A stretch of 64,000 nt of DNA from an uncultured Pelagibacteraceae bacterium. Its GTDB lineage: Bacteria; Pseudomonadota; Alphaproteobacteria; Pelagibacterales; Pelagibacteraceae. The translations under genes and the position numbers were made by a program. The stretch spans positions 27,029 through 91,028 of the forward strand of contig CACLXL010000003.1 of assembly GCA_902610975.1 (NCBI GenBank), written 5' to 3'. The notes below the pieces were generated by a model. That model was not told the DNA's origin. It did not search any database and worked only from the letters and a program-made list of their open reading frames with translations. Shown one piece after another: positions 1 to 9,808 of the stretch. Numbering within the stretch: position 1 is the first letter of the stretch; each line of letters begins with the position of its first letter.

Positions 1-569
1 TCAGCAAGAAAATCAATTGCAGGTTTTTCAACAAAACTTCCTGTTGGATTATTGGGATTAATCAGTATCACAAGACGAGTTTTGTCTGTTATCAAAGATA
101 AAATTTTTTCAGGATCAAATTTTAAATCTTTTTCTTTTGTTAAATCATATGGAACCGCTTTAGCACCAGTATAATTAATCATAGACTCATAAATTGGAAA
201 ACCAGGTGTTGGATGAACTATTTCTGCACTAGGCTCACCGATCATTTGAATGGCAAAGTACATTGTAGGTTTTCCACCAGGCATAATCATAATCCGCTCG
301 GGACTAACTTCTTTTTTATATAAACTTTTTATTTTTCTTGAAACTGCTTGCCGGCATTCAGCAATCCCGTTAGCTAAAACATATCCATGATGTCCGTCAT
401 CAATAGCTTTTTTTGCTGCGTCCATAATATGTTTAGGAGTCATAAAATCTGGCTGACCTAAACCTAAGTGAATCATTTCTTTGCCCTGAGCTTCAAGCTT
501 CTTAGCTTCGGCTAAGACACTAAAAGCAGTTTCTGTTCCAAGTCTCTCTAAATTTTTTGCTAATTTCAT
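1..569 (-). CDS. PLP-dependent aminotransferase class I/II (partial; runs off window start)
   Basis: Not in ORF track. Manual translation from ATG at 569: MKLAKNLERLGTETAF...IHLGLGQPDF...PGGKPTMY...PGFPIYES...LINPNNPTG. Confidence 0.9.
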   Translation of the reverse strand, partial: MKLAKNLERLGTETAFSVLAEAKKLEAQGKEMIHLGLGQPDFMTPKHIMDAAKKAIDDGHHGYVLANGIAECRQAVSRKIKSLYKKEVSPERIMIMPGGKPTMYFAIQMIGEPSAEIVHPTPGFPIYESMINYTGAKAVPYDLTKEKDLKFDPEKILSLITDKTRLVILINPNNPTGSFVEKPAIDFLA

Positions 570-618
570 ATTCTAAACCTAGTATTTATTTACCCTTTTG
601 AAAACCAGTTTTTTTGCA

Positions 619-1767
619 TCACCTATATACAATTTTTGTTTTATTTAGCTCTTTTATGCTTTTACATCCTAATAAAATCATGTCTCTTCTTATTTCATCT
701 TTCATTCTTGTCAAAATCTGCTCTACACCTTTCTGACCGCCTGCACCTAATGCGAATAGAAATCCTTTCCCAAAACTGCATGCCGTTGCTCCCAAAGAAA
801 GTGCTTTCAACACATGAGTTCCTCTTCTAATTCCTCCATCTAAAATAATTTCTATTTTTCCTCCAACTGCATCAGCAATAGCGGGTAATTGATCAAATGG
901 AGATCTTGATCCATCGAGTTGTCTTCCTCCATGATTTGAGAGCATAATAGCCGAAGCTCCGATTTCTACTGCTCTCTTTGCATCTTCAACTGACATAACG
1001 CCTTTAAGAGCGAATGGTCCTCCCCATTTCTTCACAACGTACTCAGCATCTTTCCAGCTCATGGCTGGATCATATTGTTCATTAATATAATCCATCACCC
1101 CTTTTGCGATGCTCGATCCTTTTTTTGTCCAATGAGAAACATTTGCTAGCTCAAATTTTTTATTGGTCAAATAATTAAAAGCCCACATAGGATGCATGGC
1201 AAAACTCATTAGACTTTTTAAAGTAAGTTTTGGTGGTGTAGTAAAACCCCATTTGTGATCTCTTTCTCTGTTACCAGCGACAACAGTATCAACTGTTAAA
1301 CACATTGCTTTGAAACCAGAACTTTTACATCTATCAATAAGATTATCGGTTAGACCTTGGTCTTTATGAATATAAAGTTGAAATAATTTAGGTCCACCAG
1401 ATATATTCGCTATTTCCTCGATAGAAGATGTAGCCATGGTAGACATACTATAAAAAGTTCCAAATTTTTCAGCAGCTCGTGCTGATGCTTTATCTCCATC
1501 ATGATGATAAAGTCTTTGCATCGCTGTTGGAGATAAAAATATTGGTAAATCTATTTTTTGTCCAAAAACAGTTGTGCTTAGATCTGGTTCTCCTACGCTG
1601 GCTAATATATTTGGCACTAAGTCACATTTCAAAAATGCTTCTGTATTTCTTTTTAGTGTGGTTTCGTCATCAGCTCCGCCGTCAATATAGTGAAATATGG
1701 GTGCGGGTAAATTTTTTTTTGCTAATTTTCTAAAATCTTCAAAATTATAACAATCGTTTAAATTCAT
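619..1767 (-). CDS. lldD: FMN-dependent alpha-hydroxy acid dehydrogenase (L-lactate dehydrogenase-like)
   Basis: YIDGGA, SNHGGRQLD and DGGIRRG motifs. Confidence 0.85.
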   Translation of the reverse strand: MNLNDCYNFEDFRKLAKKNLPAPIFHYIDGGADDETTLKRNTEAFLKCDLVPNILASVGEPDLSTTVFGQKIDLPIFLSPTAMQRLYHHDGDKASARAAEKFGTFYSMSTMATSSIEEIANISGGPKLFQLYIHKDQGLTDNLIDRCKSSGFKAMCLTVDTVVAGNRERDHKWGFTTPPKLTLKSLMSFAMHPMWAFNYLTNKKFELANVSHWTKKGSSIAKGVMDYINEQYDPAMSWKDAEYVVKKWGGPFALKGVMSVEDAKRAVEIGASAIMLSNHGGRQLDGSRSPFDQLPAIADAVGGKIEIILDGGIRRGTHVLKALSLGATACSFGKGFLFALGAGGQKGVEQILTRMKDEIRRDMILLGCKSIKELNKTKIVYR

Positions 1768-1772
1768 TGTTA

Positions 1773-2276
1773 TTAAAAGTTTTTAGAAAAAGTTATTTGT
1801 TGATTATCTGTTCCTGGATTTGTATCACCCCAGTCATTATTTGATATATGGCTATAACTATAGCTTAACTTAGAGTTATCAAAAATTTCTAAACCTAGTT
1901 TAATTTCACTTTTAAACTCTAAAACACTCCCCAAATCTTTGCCATCTCCTTTTTCATAATACCCAGGAGTAAAACTTGGCAAAATTTTAAGTGGACCTAA
2001 TCCATATTGTCCTTCAATTCCTGTGTATAAATAAACTGAACTATTTCCTGTTATAAAAGCCCCACTGACTGGTTTGAATTCTCCTAAAAACGTATCTCTA
2101 AATAGATCAGGGTTTTTATGCTCAATACCAAATAAACTAGTTTTATCATCACCCTCTTTATCGATTACATCAAAAGTTCCTGTATAGAAGGAAAGTTCTT
2201 TATTGTTTTCTTCAGCAAAAACTTGTGACGAAAAAATTATTAATACTGTTAAAATTTTTAAAACATTAAGATTCAT
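1773..2276 (-). CDS. PagL-like lipid A 3-O-deacylase / acyloxyacyl hydrolase family outer-membrane beta-barrel
   Basis: Signal peptide, HISN..NPG motif, C-terminal Phe. Start moved to ATG 2276. Confidence 0.7.
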   Translation of the reverse strand: MNLNVLKILTVLIIFSSQVFAEENNKELSFYTGTFDVIDKEGDDKTSLFGIEHKNPDLFRDTFLGEFKPVSGAFITGNSSVYLYTGIEGQYGLGPLKILPSFTPGYYEKGDGKDLGSVLEFKSEIKLGLEIFDNSKLSYSYSHISNNDWGDTNPGTDNQQITFSKNF

Positions 2277-2320
2277 TTCAAAAAAATACAACTAAATAGC
2301 TAATATGTACAGTTGGCAAT

Positions 2321-2689
2321 TTATGTTTTTTTTTGCTGTTTTTTTATTAAAAAAAAGACAATAAGGCCTCCAAAAACTAATACTAGGTATGGAAATGACC
2401 AAAGAAAAAAATTTTCATAATTGAACTTTGGTTTATATAAAATCCAGTCCCCGTATTTGTCTGAAAGAAAACTATAAATCTCATCCTCAGTTTTCCCTTG
2501 CTTAATCAAATCCTTAACTACCATTTTTAAAGTTTGAGCAAATTCAGAATTTGAGTCTGCGATTGATTGTCCTTGACAAACTAGACAACGAAGATTTTTA
2601 TGAATTTGACTCTCGTTTAAAGTTTCATTCGAAGAAACACCAATAGTTATGTTTAGAAACAAAATAAAATAAAGTATTCTAATTTTCAT
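2321..2689 (-). CDS. ccmH: Cytochrome c biogenesis protein CcmH
   Basis: LRCLVCQGQSIADSN motif. Confidence 0.93.
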   Translation of the reverse strand: MKIRILYFILFLNITIGVSSNETLNESQIHKNLRCLVCQGQSIADSNSEFAQTLKMVVKDLIKQGKTEDEIYSFLSDKYGDWILYKPKFNYENFFLWSFPYLVLVFGGLIVFFLIKKQQKKT

Positions 2690-3207
2690 TATGATTTTAT
2701 AATTTCTTCAATTTCCTCTAAATCTTTTTCATTTAATGGGCCAATGATCTTTTTTAAAATATTTAATTTATTATCAATCAAAATACTTTCAGGTATACCA
2801 TAAATTCCAAAATTCACAGATTGTTTTCCAGTACTATCATTTGCAAGATAAAAATATGGATTACCAAGTTCTTCTAAAAAATTTAAAGCATTAATTTTTT
2901 TATCTTTAAAATTTACACCTAATATTTTGATATTTTTATTTTTTGATAATATCATCAAAAATTGATGTTCAATTCTACATGGTGCACACCACGATGCCCA
3001 AAAATTTATAAGAGTATAATTATTATTTTTTAGATCATTATTTGTAAAAAATTTTTCACTTTCGAAGGATTTTAATTCAATGTCAGCTAATTTATTACCG
3101 ACAAGAAATTTAGTATTGTAATTAGAGCTTCTATTTAAAGAAAGATAAAATATTGTAAGAATAAATACTAATATAAATACTGTAATTAATTTAATTATAT
3201 TTTGCAT
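2689..3207 (-). CDS. ccmG: Thiol:disulfide interchange protein CcmG/DsbE
   Basis: NFWASWCAPC and YGIPES motifs; position in ccm cluster. Confidence 0.92.
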   Translation of the reverse strand: MQNIIKLITVFILVFILTIFYLSLNRSSNYNTKFLVGNKLADIELKSFESEKFFTNNDLKNNNYTLINFWASWCAPCRIEHQFLMILSKNKNIKILGVNFKDKKINALNFLEELGNPYFYLANDSTGKQSVNFGIYGIPESILIDNKLNILKKIIGPLNEKDLEEIEEIIKS

Positions 3208-5065
3208 GTCTTATTAAACTTAAAAAACCTCCTAGTGACAGAGTGGCAACTGATATCCAAATCCAAATCATTAGTGGTTTTTTTTGAAATTTTATATTGT
3301 AGTAATCGGACCGATCAATATTGCTCATCGTTAAATAATAATCTCTTAAAAAATTTGATTGTATAGAAGCTTCATACGTTAAAGTTTTAGGATTATCATA
3401 AATTCTTATCTCAGGTTTTAAAATTCTCTCCTCTTTTGTAAATAAATCATTGACTTTAAGCTGACCAGTTATGGTTTTATAATTTGTATCTTGTGTTAAC
3501 TTTAAATCTTTAAGATAGAATTTAAAGTTATCAATTTGCTTAGTCTCGCCTACTTTTAAATTAAAATCTTTTTCAACTGAAAAATTATGGTTTAGTCCGA
3601 TAAATAAGATAAGAAATCCAAATGATAAATGCGATATCACTCTTGGAAAATTAAAGCTTGATTTTTTGAAAATATCAAAAATAGATGAAAAAATTAAGAA
3701 TAAAGAAGAAATGACTATTAAATTTGAAATAACACTATAACTTTTAAAAAAAGAAAAAATGATAAAATTTAATAATACAGCGGCTAAAAATATTAATAAG
3801 TAAATCTTAAAATTTATAAATTTATTTTTTATCCATTTCACATTAGGTCCAATTGCCATGAAAAATAAAAATATAACAACAACTGGTATGATTACTGAGT
3901 TATAAAAAGGCGGACCGACTGAAATTTTGTTATTTGTCATCGCATCAGTGAATATTGGATACAAGGTTCCTAGTAAAACTGTAATAAGATAAAACATCAT
4001 AAACCAGTTATTTACTAAAATAAAAGTTTCTTTGCTGTTCGAATTTATTTCAATACTTGCTGGCTTATATCTTGTAAATAAAATGTAGACAGATGCTAGA
4101 ATCATTAAACTTAAGTACATCAAAATGTAAATACCTCTTGTAGGATCATTAGCAAAAGTATGAACTGAGTTTAGTATTCCAGATCTAACTAAAAAAGTCC
4201 CTGTAACACTTAAAATAAAGGTTAATAAACATAGTATGATCGTCCAAAAGTATAATGCGTTTCTCTTTTCTAAAACTAACAAAGAATGTAAAAGAGCCGT
4301 CATTGCAAACCAAGGTAAAAGTGAGGCATTCTCTACTGGATCCCAAAACCAAAAGCCACCCCAGCCTAATTCGTAATAAGCCCAAATAGATCCAACTAAA
4401 ATTCCGAGAGTTTGAAATGACCAAGAAATTAAAACCCAGGTCTTTATCGACTTTGCAAATAATTTATCAGAGTAATTCGTAATCATTGACGCCATAGCTG
4501 CTGAAAAGTAAATTGAAGATCCGACAAAGCCAACATAAAGCAAAGGCGGATGTATAGCCAAAGCAGGATCCTGTAAAATTGGATTTAACCCAAGCCCTTC
4601 GTTTGGAAGGGGGCTTACAAAGCTGAATGGATTTGAATTAAATAATATAAAGATTAAAAATCCTAGAATAAGCAAATTTTGTATTACTAAAGTATATAAT
4701 CTATAATTCTTAGGATGGTTCTTATTCAAAATCAAAAATAAATAAGAGAATACTGTTAAAATAATTACCCATAACAACAAGCTCCCTTCATGGTTTCCCC
4801 AAGTTCCTGAAATTTTATAAAAAAGTGGTTTCTGCGAGTGAGAATTTTCATACACATTTATCACTGAAAAATCTGATATTATAAAAGCTGCAACTAATGT
4901 AAAAAAGCTAATCAAAATAGTCGTGCATTGCAGTAAGCTAGTCTGATAAATTTTTTTTAAAACTAAATCATTGGTAGTTTTTAAACAACTTACTGAAAAA
5001 TAAATGGCTAAACAACTTAACAAGATATTTAGAAATAATAGAAAGTTTCCTATATTACTTAACAT
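3191..5065 (-). CDS. ccmF: Heme lyase CcmF
   Basis: WGGFWFWDPVEN and HPPLLY motifs. Confidence 0.96.
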   Translation of the reverse strand: MLSNIGNFLLFLNILLSCLAIYFSVSCLKTTNDLVLKKIYQTSLLQCTTILISFFTLVAAFIISDFSVINVYENSHSQKPLFYKISGTWGNHEGSLLLWVIILTVFSYLFLILNKNHPKNYRLYTLVIQNLLILGFLIFILFNSNPFSFVSPLPNEGLGLNPILQDPALAIHPPLLYVGFVGSSIYFSAAMASMITNYSDKLFAKSIKTWVLISWSFQTLGILVGSIWAYYELGWGGFWFWDPVENASLLPWFAMTALLHSLLVLEKRNALYFWTIILCLLTFILSVTGTFLVRSGILNSVHTFANDPTRGIYILMYLSLMILASVYILFTRYKPASIEINSNSKETFILVNNWFMMFYLITVLLGTLYPIFTDAMTNNKISVGPPFYNSVIIPVVVIFLFFMAIGPNVKWIKNKFINFKIYLLIFLAAVLLNFIIFSFFKSYSVISNLIVISSLFLIFSSIFDIFKKSSFNFPRVISHLSFGFLILFIGLNHNFSVEKDFNLKVGETKQIDNFKFYLKDLKLTQDTNYKTITGQLKVNDLFTKEERILKPEIRIYDNPKTLTYEASIQSNFLRDYYLTMSNIDRSDYYNIKFQKKPLMIWIWISVATLSLGGFLSLIRHAKYN

Positions 5066-5483
5066 TTTCTTTCTTTATATCTTTTAATTCTGGAGGCATA
5101 TAATTTTCATCATGTTTAGCTAATATTCTTTCTGCAATAAAAAATTTTTTATCTTGTAATTTTCCTTCTGCGACTACCCCTTTTTCCTCTGCAAACAAGT
5201 TGGGTACAGTCCCCTTGAAACTTACTTTAATTTCATTTTTAAAGTCTGTAACCACAAATCTAATTTCTTGATCTGTTATTTCCAAAGTATTTTTTTTAAC
5301 CATTCCCCCAATTCTTATTCTTTTATTAAAATCAATATCTTCACTAATTTTTATTTCTGTTGGTGAATTAAAATATAGAATATTTTTATTTAGAGATTTT
5401 AAAATTAAGACAGTACCTATAGCAGTTGCTGTTATAAATAGAACTAAAAGATAAGCTCTTTTTTTTACTTTCTTCGTAAGCAT
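5055..5483 (-). CDS. ccmE: Heme chaperone CcmE
   Basis: LAKHDENYMPPE motif. Confidence 0.96.
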   Translation of the reverse strand: MLTKKVKKRAYLLVLFITATAIGTVLILKSLNKNILYFNSPTEIKISEDIDFNKRIRIGGMVKKNTLEITDQEIRFVVTDFKNEIKVSFKGTVPNLFAEEKGVVAEGKLQDKKFFIAERILAKHDENYMPPELKDIKKENVK

Positions 5484-5491
5484 TAAATGCT

Positions 5492-5725
5492 TTAAATTGA
5501 TTTATTAAAAGATGACAAAACTTTTGAAGCAACTTTTGAATTTTCCAAAACTGTTTTTTTTTGCTCGATTGAAAGTGCTTCTATTTCTTTTGCAAATTCT
5601 TTCTCGTACTTTTTAAGTGACTTACGCGTTTTATAATAAAAAATTCCGCATACTAAAAAAGTAATTATAAAAGATGACCAAACAAAAATACCGTATCCAT
5701 TCATTAGAATAAAATTATAAATCAT
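5492..5725 (-). CDS. ccmD: Heme exporter protein CcmD
   Basis: MNGYGIFVWSSF, one TM helix, basic tail; lies between ccmC and ccmE. Confidence 0.85.
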   Translation of the reverse strand: MIYNFILMNGYGIFVWSSFIITFLVCGIFYYKTRKSLKKYEKEFAKEIEALSIEQKKTVLENSKVASKVLSSFNKSI

Positions 5726-6429
5726 AATCTTTTTAAATTTTTTTTCTTAATTCTAATGATTTCTGTCTTATATTTCATTAGAAAAATTAACGCACAATAC
5801 AAAATTAATACAAAAAACATGAGCAATAAAGGCATTAACATTGAGGAATGTATTGAACTTGTCCCTGTAATCTTGATACTAGCAGGTTGATGGAGTGTGC
5901 TCCACCATTCAACAGAATACTTAATAATTGGAACATTAACCAAACCAACTATTGCAACTATGCTAGAAATTTTTATTGCCTTGCTCTCTTCAGAAACAAA
6001 TTTGTGAATTGCTATAAAACTTAAATAAAAAATAGCCAATATTACCATCGAAGTTATCCTAGCATCCCACGCCCAAAATGTTCCCCAAGTGGGCTGACCC
6101 CAAATAGATCCTGTAACGATTGCAATACAGGTAAATACAAGGCCAATAGGAGCGATGCTTTTGGTCATCAATGAAAAATTTTTTATCTTAAAAAGAAAAT
6201 TTAAAATAGATAATATTGATATGCATGTGAAAGAAGCTAAGCCAATCCATGCTGCAGGTACATGAACGTACATAATCCTTACGCTATCACCTTGCAAGTA
6301 ATCTGGAGGAGAAAAAATTAGTGCAAATGACAAAGCTACTAGAAGCAGTGCAAAGAATATTGAATTAATAAAATTTATCAGTACCTCAATTAATCCAAAA
6401 ATATTTGAGTTGTTAAATAAGTTAAACAT
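5722..6429 (-). CDS. ccmC: Heme exporter permease CcmC
   Basis: HVPAAW, WGTFWAWDAR and TLHQP motifs. Confidence 0.95.
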   Translation of the reverse strand: MFNLFNNSNIFGLIEVLINFINSIFFALLLVALSFALIFSPPDYLQGDSVRIMYVHVPAAWIGLASFTCISILSILNFLFKIKNFSLMTKSIAPIGLVFTCIAIVTGSIWGQPTWGTFWAWDARITSMVILAIFYLSFIAIHKFVSEESKAIKISSIVAIVGLVNVPIIKYSVEWWSTLHQPASIKITGTSSIHSSMLMPLLLMFFVLILYCALIFLMKYKTEIIRIKKKNLKRL

Positions 6430-6476
6430 CTAAACTAACTACTATAATAATTTTTTTTTGTGAAGGTCTTTTATGC

Positions 6477-6530
6477 GCCCAATTGAGAATTGGAGGGAGT
6501 AATATGTAAGAAGTTAATTCTCAATTAGGC
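6477..6530. ncRNA. Candidate structured RNA: 15-bp stem with a 24-nt SD/anti-SD loop
   Basis: GCCCAATTGAGAATT (6477-6491) pairs with AATTCTCAATTAGGC (6516-6530); loop GGAGGGAGTAATATGTAAGAAGTT. Confidence 0.45.
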
Positions 6531-6603
6531 TAAACATTAGAAATTTAATCTTTCTCTGTGTCACAGGTTTGAGTAAATATTGTTTTATTTAAGGCGAAAC
6601 CGA

Positions 6604-6927
6604 TTAGTTTGAAATCTTGAAGTAATTTGAACCCTTTTTTCCAGAAAAAATTTCTTCTATAAGGGGATGCTTCACAGGTTCTTTGGATTTATCTAATAAT
6701 AGATTTTGTTCAGACACATAAGCTTCATAAGTAACATCATTACTCTCAGCCAATAAATGGTAAAATGGCTGATCTTTTCTAGGTCTAACTTCTTTTGGAA
6801 TAGATTGGTACCACTCCTCTGAATTGTTAAATTCAAAATCAACATCATAAATTACACCTCTGAAATCAAAATGACGATGCTTTACAACTTCACCAATTGA
6901 GAATTTTGCATTATTGCTTATAGCCAT
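6604..6927 (-). CDS. hspQ: Heat shock protein HspQ (YccV-like)
   Basis: FRGVIYDVD, QPFYHLLAE and AYVSEQNL motifs. Confidence 0.92.
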   Translation of the reverse strand: MAISNNAKFSIGEVVKHRHFDFRGVIYDVDFEFNNSEEWYQSIPKEVRPRKDQPFYHLLAESNDVTYEAYVSEQNLLLDKSKEPVKHPLIEEIFSGKKGSNYFKISN

Positions 6928-7004
6928 ACTTCATAGTTAATAATTTTTTTATTAAAATCAATATCTAATTTGTTAATTTTTAATTTTATGTTAGTCTCTA
7001 TATT

Positions 7005-7550
7005 GTGAATAAGTCATTTTTAAAATTTATAACTGACTTTGGCCCCCTACTAATCTTTTTTACAATTTATTACAAGAGCGGCAATAATCTTAAAATAGCC
7101 ATACCTCCTTTAATAATTTCAACTATTATAGCGGTAGGAATTATTTATTTCGTTGAGAAAAAAATTCCATTTGTACCGCTAATAGGTGGTGTTGTTATTA
7201 CTATCTTTGGAGGTCTTACTTTATATTTTAATAATCCAGTTTTTATTTATATGAAACCAACAATTGTAAATATATTATTTGCTGTAATATTAATTGTGAG
7301 TAAGTCTTTATATCAAAAAAATTTTTTAAAATTTTTTTTACAAACTGCATTTCAGTTAAATGATATAGGATGGGATAAATTAAACTTTAGATGGGCTTAT
7401 TTTTTCATTTTTTTAGCATTATTGAATGAAGTAGTCTGGAGAACTCAACCGGAAACAACATGGGTAAATTTTAAAGTATGGGGTATTCTTCCAATAACTA
7501 TAATATTTACTGCTTTTCAGATACCATTGATAAATAAATATAAAATATGA
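7005..7550 (+). CDS. yciB: Inner membrane protein YciB/IspZ
   Basis: DFGPL, YMKPTI and WVNFKVWG motifs. Confidence 0.9.
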   Translation: MNKSFLKFITDFGPLLIFFTIYYKSGNNLKIAIPPLIISTIIAVGIIYFVEKKIPFVPLIGGVVITIFGGLTLYFNNPVFIYMKPTIVNILFAVILIVSKSLYQKNFLKFFLQTAFQLNDIGWDKLNFRWAYFFIFLALLNEVVWRTQPETTWVNFKVWGILPITIIFTAFQIPLINKYKI

Positions 7551-7897
7551 ATAAAAAAATTAGACTAATAATAAATAATGGTATCAAAAAAAGAGAGAAA
7601 GAAAAATTTTTCATTAAGGAGGAACTTCAATGTATTTTAAATCTTTATGCAAAAATGGTCTCAAATGGGACTTGGAAAGATTACTCCTTTTCTTCCTGTA
7701 CAAAAGAAGTTTCTTTTAATGTTTATCAAAGAGCTTCGGAAAAACCTGTACTTAAAATTGCAAAAAATTTTAAACCAAATTATTTCAACGAAAAATTCTT
7801 TATTAAAGACAAAGATGGAAATGTTATTAAAAAATCAGAAAATCTTGATCAACTTATAAATAAAACTATTTGGAATAAACTTAGAATTGTTAAGTAA
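7547..7897 (+). CDS. DUF2794 family protein
   Basis: ELQCILNLYAKMVSNGTWKDY...RASEKP. Confidence 0.75.
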   Translation: MNKKIRLIINNGIKKREKEKFFIKEELQCILNLYAKMVSNGTWKDYSFSSCTKEVSFNVYQRASEKPVLKIAKNFKPNYFNEKFFIKDKDGNVIKKSENLDQLINKTIWNKLRIVK

Positions 7898-8650
7898 TTA
7901 TCTTCTCTGACCGAAAAGTCTTAGAAGCATTATGAAAAGATTTATGAAATCAAGATAAAGTGTTAAAGCACCCATTACAGCTTTTTTGCCCATAAGTTCA
8001 CCGCTATCACTTACCATATACATGTTTTTAATTTTTTGGGTGTCATAAGCTGTTAAACCTACAAACACTAAAACACCTATGATTGAAATCACGAAGTACA
8101 TCATAGAAGATTTCATAAAAATATTTACTAGGGATGCAATTATTATACCAAACAAACCCATCATTAAAAATGAACCTAACTTTGTTAGATCTCTTTTAGT
8201 AGTGTAACCGTAAATACTCATAGCACCGAAAGTACCTGCAGTGATAAAGAAAACTCTTGTTATGCTAGCACCAGTGTAAATTAGAAATATCGAAGAAAGT
8301 GATGCGCCCATCAAAGCTGCGAACACCCAAAAAGTAGTTTGGGCTTTAGCTGCTGACATTTTAGCTATTCCAAAGCTCATATAAAAAACAATCGCTAGCG
8401 GAGCTAGCATAATCACCCATTTCAAACCTGAAGCGTATATTGTGTTACCAAAGTTAGTTAGTCCAATAATTTGACCTTCTGTAGAGGTAACCACAGCCAT
8501 TTTGAAAAAAAACAAAGCAACAAAACCGGTTAATAGCACTCCTGAGGCCATGTAGTTGTAGACCTTAAGCATATAAGATCTTAAGCCTTGATCTATAATT
8601 GCTTCTGATGCAGACGATCTTACAGTTGATCTTTGTTTATTAATTTCCAT
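7898..8650 (-). CDS. Bax inhibitor-1/YccA family membrane protein
   Basis: YGYTTKRDL, TAYDTQKIK and LYLDFINLF motifs. Confidence 0.93.
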   Translation of the reverse strand: MEINKQRSTVRSSASEAIIDQGLRSYMLKVYNYMASGVLLTGFVALFFFKMAVVTSTEGQIIGLTNFGNTIYASGLKWVIMLAPLAIVFYMSFGIAKMSAAKAQTTFWVFAALMGASLSSIFLIYTGASITRVFFITAGTFGAMSIYGYTTKRDLTKLGSFLMMGLFGIIIASLVNIFMKSSMMYFVISIIGVLVFVGLTAYDTQKIKNMYMVSDSGELMGKKAVMGALTLYLDFINLFIMLLRLFGQRR

Positions 8651-8658
8651 ACTTTATT

Positions 8659-8685
8659 ATATAAGTTTTTTTATAAAATTTTCAA
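8659..8685 (-). promoter_or_regulatory. Putative RpoH-type promoter of the YccA gene
   Basis: Minus strand TTGAA-N15-CTTATAT, ending 8 nt before the ATG. Confidence 0.45.
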
Positions 8686-8727
8686 TAGGCAAAAATTGAC
8701 CAAAAAACTATAATAATAATCAATTTT

Positions 8728-9765
8728 ATGAAGTTTAAAAAATTAGGAAACACAGACTTAGACGTTAGTTTAATATGTCTAGGAACTATGACATGGGGCA
8801 CTCAAAATACTGAGAAGGATGCATTTGAACAAATGGATTATTCTTTAGCTGAAGGAGTAAATTTTTTTGATACAGCTGAACTATATTCAGTGCCTCCTAA
8901 CTCGGACTCTTATGGAAAGACAGAAGTTATAATTGGAAATTGGTTTGAAAAAAGAAAAAATAGAAAAAAGGTAGTTTTAGCAAGTAAAGTAGCAGGACCG
9001 GGATGTAACTGGATAAGAGGAGGTGGTAATAACTTTGACGAAAAAAATATTGGCAAAGCGATTGATGGAAGTTTAAAAAGGCTTAAAACAGATTACATAG
9101 ATTTATATCAATTGCATTGGCCTGAAAGATCTACAAATTTCTTTGGAAAAAGAGATTATTCGATTGATAAAGATGAGGGTGAGTGGAACAACTTTGAGAG
9201 TGTTTTAGAAGCGTTAGAAAAATTTATTAAAAGCGGCAAAATCAGGTTCATTGGAATGTCTAACGAAACACCGTATGGTTTATCAAAATACATTGAATTA
9301 TCAAAAAATAAAAAATTACCAAGAATGATGTCTGTTCAAAATCCTTACAATTTAGTTAATAGAACTTATGAGATTGGAATGTCCGAAATCTCAATTAGAG
9401 AAAAATGTGGTCTTCTAGTTTACTATCCTCTAGCAACTGGTGCTCTCTCAGGAAAATATAGAAACGGTCAAATGCCAAAAAACTCAAGGCAAGCTTTATT
9501 TAAAGGATGGGAGAGACATCTTAATCCTTTAGCTATGAAAGCATATGATGAATATTATAAACTTGCTAAAACTCATAACATGACAATGGCACAATTAGCA
9601 CAAGCTTTTGTTAACACAAGGCCTTTTGTTACAAGTAATATAATAGGTGCCACTACAATGGATCAATTAAAGGAAAATATTGATAGTGTTAATATTGAAC
9701 TCTCTGATGAGATTTTAGGTAAAATTAATATGATACATAATAATAATCCAAATCCATCTCCTTAA
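8728..9765 (+). CDS. Aldo/keto reductase (Tas-like)
   Basis: GTMTWG, FFDTAELY and DLYQLHWP motifs. Confidence 0.92.
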   Translation: MKFKKLGNTDLDVSLICLGTMTWGTQNTEKDAFEQMDYSLAEGVNFFDTAELYSVPPNSDSYGKTEVIIGNWFEKRKNRKKVVLASKVAGPGCNWIRGGGNNFDEKNIGKAIDGSLKRLKTDYIDLYQLHWPERSTNFFGKRDYSIDKDEGEWNNFESVLEALEKFIKSGKIRFIGMSNETPYGLSKYIELSKNKKLPRMMSVQNPYNLVNRTYEIGMSEISIREKCGLLVYYPLATGALSGKYRNGQMPKNSRQALFKGWERHLNPLAMKAYDEYYKLAKTHNMTMAQLAQAFVNTRPFVTSNIIGATTMDQLKENIDSVNIELSDEILGKINMIHNNNPNPSP

Positions 9766-9808
9766 TTCAAGGCATTGAAATAGATTTTTTTTAGTATAAA
9801 AACTGATT

